NCBI RefSeq assembly: GCF_006345805.1
Contig: NW_021828723.1
Location: 1 to 7,857, forward strand
From: Octopus sinensis
Taxonomy: Eukaryota
DNA length: 7,857 nt
Direction of reading: 5' to 3'
Under the pieces are notes generated by a model that worked only from the letters and a program-made list of their open reading frames with translations, had not been told where the DNA came from and did no database searches. How positions within the stretch are numbered: position 1 is the stretch's first letter; each line of letters begins with the position of its first letter. The translations under genes and the position numbers were made by a program. Positions 1 to 6,577 of the stretch are shown piece after piece.

Positions 1-40
1 TTTTTTTTTGCCTTCAATTTTCGGATGGATCTAAAAAGGG

Positions 41-115
41 GATGATGTCATCATCAAAAGTTATTTCACGTCACTGGGAAATTCATGACCAAAAATTTTA
101 GTTGCCGTGGTAACT
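41..115. promoter_or_regulatory. Candidate cis-regulatory motif cluster (RFX X-box plus CRE/ATF-like sites)
   Basis: GTTGCCGTGGTAAC at 101-114 fits the RFX X-box consensus GTNRCCNNRGYAAC. CACGTCA (TGACGTG on -) at 67-73. Palindrome GATGATG-T-CATCATC at 41-55 contains TGATGTCA. Motif matches only; no linked gene is visible. Confidence 0.3.
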
Positions 116-270
116 GGAATGAAAAAAGGCAAAAAAGTGTAAAAATCGCAAAACAATAATGAATTTATAAAAGCAAAACAAAACAAAATAGAGAAAAAAT
201 AGAGAAAAAAAACAAAGAAAAAATAGAGAGAAAAAGAAGTGGAAATGAGCCACCCCAACCTCCCCCCACT

Positions 271-306
271 CATCATCGCCGTCGTTATCATCATCATCAT
301 CATCAT
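271..306. repeat. Imperfect (CAT)n microsatellite
   Basis: catcatcgccgtcgttatcatcatcatcatcatcat read directly. Confidence 0.8.
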
Positions 307-320
307 TTTCATCTTAACAT

Positions 321-579
321 CTGTGTGTGTGTGTGTGTATGGTCGTATGTATGTGTGTGTGGTCGTGTGTATGTGTGTATATGTGAGTATAAATATCTGT
401 GTGTGTATGTGTACAAATGCGCGCGTGTGTGTATATATGCGTATAAATATGTACGTACGTGTTAATAAAAAATCATGTATTGTATGTGTGTATGTTGAGC
501 ATGCGTGAGTGTATAAATAAATGTGAGTATATCTGCGTGTATATATAAAATATATATATATATATATATATATAATATA

Positions 580-614
<35 letters not shown>

Positions 615-1110
615 TGTATGTACGTATATAAATATATATGTGTATATCCGTGCGTGTATGGTCGTGTGTGTGCGCATGGTTGTCTGTGTGTGTGTATGGT
701 TGTCTGTGTGTGTGTGTATAGTCGTGTGTGTGTGTGGTCGTGTGTGTGTGTATGGTTGTCTGTGTGTGTGTGTATGGTCGTGTGTGTGTGTGTGTGTGTA
801 TGGTCGTGTGTGTGTGTGTGGTCGTGTGTGTGCGCAAGGTTGTCTGTGTGTGTGTGTGTATGGTCGTGTGTGTGTGTGTGTATGGTCGTGTGTGTGTGTA
901 TGGTCGTGTGTGTGTGTGTATGGTCGTGTGTGTGTGTATGGTCGTGTGTGTGTGTATGGTCGTGTGTGTGTGTGTGTATGGTCGTGTGTGTGTGTGGTCG
1001 TGTGTGTGTGTGTGGTCGTGTGTGTGTGTATGGTCGTGTGTGTGGTCGTGTGTGTGTGTATGTCGTGTGTGTGTGTGCGCATGGTTGTCTCTGTGTGTGT
1101 GTGTGTGTGT
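321..1110. repeat. Compound satellite [TAT]GGTC(GT)n / GGTTGTC(TG)n, interrupted at 368-660 by a different TA/TATG-rich block
   Basis: Dozens of units tatggtc+(gt)n with variable n. A variant gcgca(t/a)ggttgtct recurs near 672, 832 and 1077. Confidence 0.95.
368..660 (+). repeat. Left arm of a long inverted repeat (partner 5769-6071)
   Basis: 368-462 is the exact reverse complement of 5977-6071 (95 bp, checked by eye). 496-539 is the exact reverse complement of 5900-5943 (44 bp). Similarity continues with indels to ...gtgcgtgtatg (660) / catacacgcac (5769). Confidence 0.92.
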
Positions 1111-1211
1111 TATAGAGTTGCAGAAAACTGATAACAAATTTGATAATAGACGCCATTATCTTAACTGATAATCGACAGGAAAAACACTGAAGTTATTGCA
1201 TTTAAGACATA

Positions 1212-1275
1212 GAATAATAATAATAATAATGATAATAATAATGATAATAATGATAATGATGATGATGATGATGAC

Positions 1276-1312
<37 letters not shown>

Positions 1313-1356
1313 GTTGTGGTGGTGGTGGTGGTGGTGGTGGTGGTGATGATGATGAT
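1212..1356. repeat. Compound trinucleotide microsatellite (AAT)n-(GAT)n-(GGT)n-(GAT)n
   Basis: Read directly; it explains the poly-I/M/V/T ORFs at 1156-1387. Confidence 0.97.
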
Positions 1357-1519
1357 CTCTGTCTTCCCCTTTTCCTCTATCACATGACTCTGTAAACGAA
1401 CAGTCTGGTGTGTTTATTTTAATGGCCTACCAATGTATATAGTAGTACGTTTCTCTGCCCTAGGTATCAGGAAGACACTCGGCAAGAAATGGAAACAGAA
1501 TTGAAAGAAGAGGCTAATG

Positions 1520-1572
1520 AAGATAATAACAATAATAATAATAACAACAACAACAACAATAAGAAGAAGAAG
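1520..1572. repeat. (AAT)/(AAC)/(AAG) microsatellite; probable 5' remnant of the Dong target site
   Basis: aagataataacaataataataataacaacaacaacaacaataagaagaagaag abuts the truncated 5' end of the retrotransposon. Confidence 0.85.
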
Positions 1573-2672
1573 CTCGCCTGCAGTCGCAGTAGTTCGGTAT
1601 TGCGCTGGATTCCTTAAGTGGGCAGAGGAGGGGCTAAAGAAGATGGACAGGAAGTCAAGAAAGCTCCTAACGATGCATGGAGAACATCATTCACGTGCAG
1701 ACACTGATCGCCGATACACGAAGAGAGCAAATGGACGAAGGGGACGGATAAGTGTGGAAGAGTGCGTGGGTATCAAACTCGAGATCTTAATAAGATACCT
1801 AGCCTGAAATAAGGAAACCTTGCTAGTGGTAGTTAGGAACGAGGGAGTATTGAGGGCAGAGAAAAAAGGGAAAACAAAGGAAGGAGTACAAAAAGGACAT
1901 GAAAAAGAATTACGCAAAAAGGGACTACATAATCGATTCCATGCAGCCAGAACAGAAGTTGCTGGAAAAAATAGGTGGCATTGGCTGATGAAAGGAACCT
2001 TCAAAAAAGAAACGGAGAGCACTATACTGGCAGCGCAGGACCAAGCTCTGGCCACGAACTGGAGGATCAACCTGAGGAATGAACAAGTGTCTCTGCTGTG
2101 CCGCATCTGCAATAGAGTGTATGAAACCATTGGCCATATATCACGAATGAATGCCCTAGACTTGCCCAAAACCACAACAAGTTGTGGCGACACAAGCAGG
2201 TAGTGAAAGTGCTACATCGGAAACTGGGCGAAAAGTGGGGTCCAGAGAGAGGTTAGAGGTGTTATGAGCACAAACCAAAGAGAGTGGTGGAGACGGCGAC
2301 TAGGAAAATCGTCTGGGATTTCCCAATCCAGACAGATCAGGTGTTAGAGCATAATAGACCGGACTTAGTGGTGGTGGACAAGGTGCACCACATGTGCTAT
2401 ACAGTTGATGTTGTATGCCCCTTTGGCCCACGAATAGTCAAGAAGGAAGGCGAAAAGATAGATAAATACAACTCTCTTAAGTACGAAATTGCCTGGCTAT
2501 GGAAAATGAAGAAGGTGAAGATAGTGCCAATTATTGTTGGTTCCTTGGGGACTGTATCAGAAGGCATCAAGGGGGAAAAATGGAAATTGGAATAGAGTGC
2601 CCAGTAGAATTGTTACAAAGGGTTTGCCTCCTTGGCACGGCCAGAATAATCAGCAAAGTATTAGATAGCTGA
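1573..2672 (+). pseudogene. Disrupted ORF of the R4/Dong element (RT thumb/linker, CX2CX8HX4C zinc knuckle, PD-(D/E)xK restriction-like endonuclease)
   Basis: Track ORFs 1517-1807, 1820-2203 and 2284-2595 join into one protein. Lesions: in-frame TGA 1805-1807; frameshift near 2138-2141 (removing 2 bp restores CRICNRVYETIGHITNEC); in-frame TAG 2254-2256; frameshift near 2570-2582. Natural stop TGA 2670-2672. RPD at 2356-2364. Confidence 0.88.
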
Positions 2673-2765
2673 AAAGAACGGATAGCATGGTACTGTAGGT
2701 TGCATGTGGTAAGCCCACTACGCATGCAAGACTCCAGGAGTTCCAACAAAACCTGTGATAAAAAG
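1573..2765 (+). mobile_element. 5'-truncated, inactive R4/Dong-clade non-LTR retrotransposon (C-terminal ORF plus 3' UTR)
   Basis: Post-RT motifs AVVRYCAG..KW..MDRKSRKLLTMHG.HH.RAD.DR.Y.KR..GR.G and KKETESTILAAQDQAL; CCHC knuckle; RLE segment WDFPIQTDQVLEHNRPDLVVVDK...DVVCP...K..KY...VPIIVGSLG; terminal LQRVCLLGTARIISKVLDS*. About 90 bp of 3' UTR runs into (TAA)n, the established target of Dong elements. The RT core (YxDD) is absent. Confidence 0.9.
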
Positions 2766-2811
<46 letters not shown>

Positions 2812-2850
2812 TGATGATGATGATGATGATAATGATGATGATGATGATGA
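2766..2850. repeat. (AAT)n then (GAT)n microsatellite; both the Dong 3' target and the tail of the adjacent minus-strand SINE
   Basis: About 14 AAT units then about 14 GAT-type units, between the Dong 3' UTR and the SINE 3' end (tcttttctactctaggcac). Confidence 0.95.
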
Positions 2851-3010
2851 TCTTTTCTACTCTAGGCACGAGGGGCCAGTCGATTAGGTCGACCCCAGTA
2901 CGCAACTGGCATTTAATTTATCGACCCCGAAAGGATGAAAGGCAAAGTCGACCTCGGTGAAATGCGAACTCAGAACGTAAAGACAGATAAAATACCGGTA
3001 AGTACTTCGG
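2851..3010 (-). mobile_element. 5'-truncated tRNA-derived SINE (same family body as 6578-7509, different 3' end)
   Basis: Reverse complement reads ...ggtattttatctgtctttacgttctgagttcgcatttcaccgaggtcgactttgcctttcatcctttcggggtcgataaattaaatgccagttgcgtactggggtcgacctaatcgact..., colinear with the array units. The A-box region is missing. Confidence 0.9.
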
Positions 3011-3011
3011 A

Positions 3012-3385
3012 GGAATCCTCAAGCATTCTTCTTCATAGGGTCCAATCAGAAGCAACTGACATCAGACTTCCCAGTTGGATTCTCAAGCGTGACCAAAAGG
3101 GACCATGAACAGTATTCGACCCCCTCGTTCTTGGTCTACCCCCAGGTCTTCTGCCGGTTGGTTTGCCCCGAAGAATCCCTCTTGTGATTCTTTCTTACAA
3201 CATTCTTAAAACCATGTCCATCGTAGCGGAGTTGAGACCTTTCAATGCGAAGAAGTAACGGCCCAACCTGCAAAGACTCCTTGGTCTCCAAGCTGTGCAG
3301 TCTTTCGAGGGACGTTACCCCAGGAGATCCTTCAGAACTTCATTTCGGGCGCTTGTATTCGCGATCGCACTTCCTCGATCATTAC
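3012..3385 (-). mobile_element. Decayed RTE-clade LINE fragment (Expander/Rex3-like ORF C-terminus)
   Basis: Manual minus-strand translation with two frameshifts and several stops: VMIEEVRSRIQAPEMKF*RIS/GVTSLERLHSLETKESLQVGPLLLRIERSQLRYDGH/VLRML*ERITRGILRGKPTGRRPGGRPRTR...VASDWTL*RR. This follows the RTE post-RT pattern (QAAEM.FLRRI.G...LRW.GHV.RM...G.R.RGRP..RW). Not present in the ORF track. Confidence 0.82.
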
Positions 3386-3544
3386 TATTATTCCGATATC
3401 AACATTGTACCGCTAAACAAGGAAGTTAATTTCAAGTATGTTTTGGTGTTATGAAAACTTTTTAGAAAAACACAGACTTCGTTGTGCACGCTGAAGTAGT
3501 GATCGTGAGAGAATATTTACTGCTATACCAGCGAGAAATATATA

Positions 3545-3561
3545 TTACGGTTATTGGGACA
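3545..3561 (+). repeat. Target-site duplication, copy 1 (TTACGGTTATTGGGACA)
   Basis: Identical 17-mer at 3908-3924; the two copies bracket the SINE exactly. Confidence 0.93.
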
Positions 3562-3907
3562 TCTGGTATCTGGGACCCCCTTCGGTCACGACACTGACCA
3601 TGGGATTGCACCTAGAAAGTTACCCTCCTAGTCACCAGTCTGGGCAAGGTTGTTTATGGAAGACCAGTGGTCACCCATGCATACCGGCCTCACCTCTCCA
3701 CACCATCAGTGTTATCCAAGGGAAAGGCAAAGGGGGCCGATACAGCTTGGCACCTGTGACGTCGCAAATCATTTCTACAGCTGAGTGAACTGGAGCAACG
3801 TGAATAAAGTGTCTTGCTCAAGAACACAACACGCAGCCCGGTCCGGGATTCGAGCTCACAACCTCACGATCGTAAGCTCGACGATCTAACCACTGAGCCA
3901 TGCGCCT
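3562..3907 (-). mobile_element. Full-length tRNA-derived SINE with CORE-like central domain (second family)
   Basis: Minus strand: A box TGGCTCAGTGG (3900-3890); B-box-like GAGCTCGAATCCC (3857-3845); CORE-like cttgagcaagacactttattcacgttgctccagttcactcagctgtagaaatg (3822-3770); 3' hairpin ggtca-6nt-tgacc (3584-3599); short repeat tail ccagataccaga; 17-bp TSD. Confidence 0.9.
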
Positions 3908-3924
3908 TTACGGTTATTGGGACA
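3908..3924 (+). repeat. Target-site duplication, copy 2 (TTACGGTTATTGGGACA)
   Basis: Identical to 3545-3561. Confidence 0.93.
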
Positions 3925-4105
3925 ACCACAGCAATATTAGTTGTCTTGTATCTGGTTCGTAGCAATAATGTCGCTTAAGCCTTTGAGATTACACAATCTC
4001 ATATCACCCGTTTTATATCGTCTGTAATATATCTGTATATTGAGTAATTCATCACTTTCAGAATATGTGGATCTGCATAGGGTTCTGTACTGTTGTGTAT
4101 ATACA

Positions 4106-4325
4106 TCCGACGTGGTGCAGAGAAGTTCCTGGAGTTGGGGCAAAAGAAAATGCAAGAGAATCGGTTAAATATGATTTTATTGAAGAGATTCCCTACACAG
4201 ATTCACACACTTATTGCAGGGGTCTTTCAGTTTTTCTAAGCCCTGTAAAAGAACTGGGAAGGTTGGGCCTCCAAACAGGCCTTTTGCGAACGCCCTTAGG
4301 GTCAGGAACGTTTCAGCTCTTTATA
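4106..4325 (-). mobile_element. Degenerate mariner-derived MITE (about 220 bp)
   Basis: Imperfect TIRs gtgcagagaagttcctg (4115-4131) and caggaacgtttcagctc (4303-4319), 13/17 complementary. The interior on minus (about 4284-4177) translates, with one frameshift, as KACLEAQPSQFF/QGLEKLKDPCNKCVNLCRESLQ*, like the mariner transposase C-terminus (W...Q...FF..G..KL..RW.KC....G.Y.E). Ends are approximate. Confidence 0.7.
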
Positions 4326-4350
4326 ATTACATTTCTAACAGCACTCCCTC

Positions 4351-4499
4351 GTGTGTGTGTGTGTGTGTGTGTGTGGTATGTGCTTGTGTGTGTTGCAAGT
4401 GCCTGTGTGAGTGTGTGAATTTGTGCGCGTATGCGTGTACATGCGCTTGTTTGTGTGTGTGTATGTATTGTTGTGGTGTGTGTGCGTGCGTGAGTGTGT
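4351..4499. repeat. Degenerate (GT)n microsatellite
   Basis: Pure (GT)n at 4351-4374, then an interrupted GT/GC/AT alternating tract. Confidence 0.9.
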
Positions 4500-4564
4500 T
4501 TCAAGCTATGAGGCAGAAACAACAAGGTTTGTAACGAAAAACGCTGTTAGAAGTGTAATTATAA

Positions 4565-5175
4565 AGTGAAGGGTTGGAGAGGGTGGAGGCAGGGGATGGG
4601 AGAAACAGGGGAAGAAAGAAAGACGGAAGGAAGGAGGAATGAACGAATGAGTGAAAGAATGAAAGAAAATGAATTATAAATAATCAATATGAAAGAAAGA
4701 AAGAAAGAAAGAAAGAAAGAAGGAAGGAAGGAAGAAGGAAGGACGGAAGGAAGGAAGGAAGGAAGGTAAGGAAGGAAGGAAGGAAAGGAAGGGAAACGAA
4801 GAGAACAAGAAAGGAAATGAGGAAGAAGAAAGAAGGAAGAAGGAAGGAAGGAAGTGATAAAGAAAGAAAGTGAGAAAGAAAGAAAGAAAGAAATAAGAAA
4901 TAAAGTGAGAAAGAAAGAGAAGAAAGAAAGAAAGAAGTGAGAAAGAAAGAAAGAAAGAAAGAAGAAAGTGAGAAAGAAAGAAGAAAGAAAGAAAGTGAGA
5001 AAAGAAAGAAAGAAAGAAAGAGAGAAGTGAGAAAGAAAGAAAGAAAGAAAGAAAGAAAGTAGAAGAAGAAAAAGAAAGAAAGAAAGAAAGAAAGCGAAAG
5101 ATAAAGAAAGTGAGAAAGAAAGAAAGAAACAAAGAAAGTGAGAAAAAAGGAAAGAAAGAAAGAAAGAAAGAAAGT

Positions 5176-5209
<34 letters not shown>

Positions 5210-5211
5210 TG

Positions 5212-5245
<34 letters not shown>

Positions 5246-5297
5246 TGAGAAAGAAAGAAAGAAAGAAAAAAGTGAGAAAGAAAGAAAGAAAGAAAAC

Positions 5298-5344
<47 letters not shown>

Positions 5345-5479
5345 CGAAAGATAAAGAAAGTGAGAAAGAAACAAACAAACAAAGAAAGTGAGAAAAAAGG
5401 AAAGAAAGAAAGAAAGAAAGAAAAGAAAGAAAGAAAGGAAGGAAGTGAGAAAGAAAGAAAGGAAGTGAGAAAGGAAGTG

Positions 5480-5510
<31 letters not shown>

Positions 5511-5521
5511 GAGAAAGAGAA
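4565..5521. repeat. About 950-bp polypurine tract: (GGAA)n/(GAAA)n with recurrent GTGA interruptions
   Basis: Read directly; it accounts for the FLSF-rich and KKER-rich ORFs. Confidence 0.97.
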
Positions 5522-5660
5522 CCGTTGTCGATGTGCAAAAGTAGGGGTCGAAGGTCCGTTGTGAGGTTTGTAGAATCCTTAATATTTTTTTTTGTATTGT
5601 TTATTTATTTGTTCTTTTAGAATTCTAGAAAGTTCACCGATCAAATTAACAATTAGGGAA

Positions 5661-6216
5661 TACACCCACATACATACATACATATACATACATACATACA
5701 TATACATACATACATACACATACATACACATATACATACATAAGCATATATACAATTATATATATATACATACACGCACGATATACACATATTATATATA
5801 TACGTACATACATACATACATACATCATACATACATATATCTATATATATATATTATATATATATATATATATAATATATATATATATGTATATATACCC
5901 ACGCAGATATACTCACATTTATTTATACACTCACGCATGCTCACACATACACACATACAAATACATGCATTTATACACACGTACGTACATATTTATACGC
6001 ATATATACACACACGCGCGCATTTGTACACATACACACACAGATATTTATACTCACATATACACACATACATACGTACGCAGATATAAACACATTCATTT
6101 ATACATACATACATACATACATACATACATTCATACATACATACATGCATGCATGCATGCATGCATACATACATACAGACATACATACATACATACGCAC
6201 ATACATACATACATAC

Positions 6217-6247
<31 letters not shown>

Positions 6248-6298
6248 CACACGTACATACATACTTACATACATACATACACGCGCGCGCACGCATGT
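5661..6298. repeat. Compound (TACA)n/(TA)n/(CATG)n simple-repeat block containing the right inverted-repeat arm
   Basis: Read directly; it accounts for the YIHT/MYVC ORFs. Confidence 0.93.
5769..6071 (-). repeat. Right arm of the long inverted repeat (partner 368-660)
   Basis: See the left arm. The same peptide RTYIFIRIYTHTRAFVHIHTQIFILTYTHIHT appears in track ORFs 61..1137(-) and 5887..6300(+), which independently confirms the inverted identity. Confidence 0.92.
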
Positions 6299-6577
6299 AA
6301 AACAACCTCTCAAACACAAACAAATGGAAACATCAAAAATTACAAGAAAACAACAACAACAAACAAAGCTTCCGCCGCCATTATTGGCTGGTTTTGGTAA
6401 ATTCAATAAAGTGATTCTAAAGGAATTAATGAAACAAAAAGCATTAACCCTTTGGTCAAAGCCACAACGGGGCTCTGCGGTTTATAAATACCGTGTTTTC
6501 GCAGAAGTATAAAGCAGGACGGAACAGCCCCACCTTCCATATCTTATAAGACCACTGAGGTAGAGCCAAGGAAGTTA

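Noticed and set aside
4-136. 11-bp inverted repeat ttttttgcctt / aaggcaaaaaa
   Set aside because: Mostly homopolymer and at the window edge; expected by chance in A/T-rich DNA.
61-1168. Long His/Thr-rich and Cys/Val-rich ORFs (up to 358 aa) on both strands
   Set aside because: They are translations of (GT)n/(TATG)n repeats that lack stops by composition; they are open in several frames at once and show no domain content.
1451-1617. Possible splice acceptor (ttctctgccctag, AG at 1462-1463) followed by the frame YQEDTRQEMETELKEEANEDNNN...
   Set aside because: Short, no recognisable homology, and it runs into a microsatellite and the Dong insert with no clear donor. RNA-seq would be needed.
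1687-2193. 168-aa minus-strand ORF
   Set aside because: Antisense shadow of the Dong ORF; the conserved motifs are on the plus strand.
3245-3454. 69-aa plus-strand ORF
   Set aside because: Antisense to the RTE relic; no independent support.
3835-3907. tRNA gene on minus strand
   Set aside because: It has A/B boxes but continues into a SINE body bracketed by TSDs, and the cloverleaf is imperfect. It is a SINE head.
4559-5620. Phe/Leu/Ser-rich 'membrane protein' and Lys/Glu/Arg-rich ORFs
   Set aside because: Pure (GAAA)n translation artefacts.
5592-6512. 306-aa ORF with a non-repetitive C-terminal tail, preceded by an acceptor-like cttttag near 5620
   Set aside because: About three quarters is TACA/TA repeat, and the unique tail has no motif I recognise.
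6489-6512. taccgtgttttcgcagaagtataa resembles a pogo/Tigger-type terminal inverted repeat
   Set aside because: Weak match and no partner TIR found in the window.
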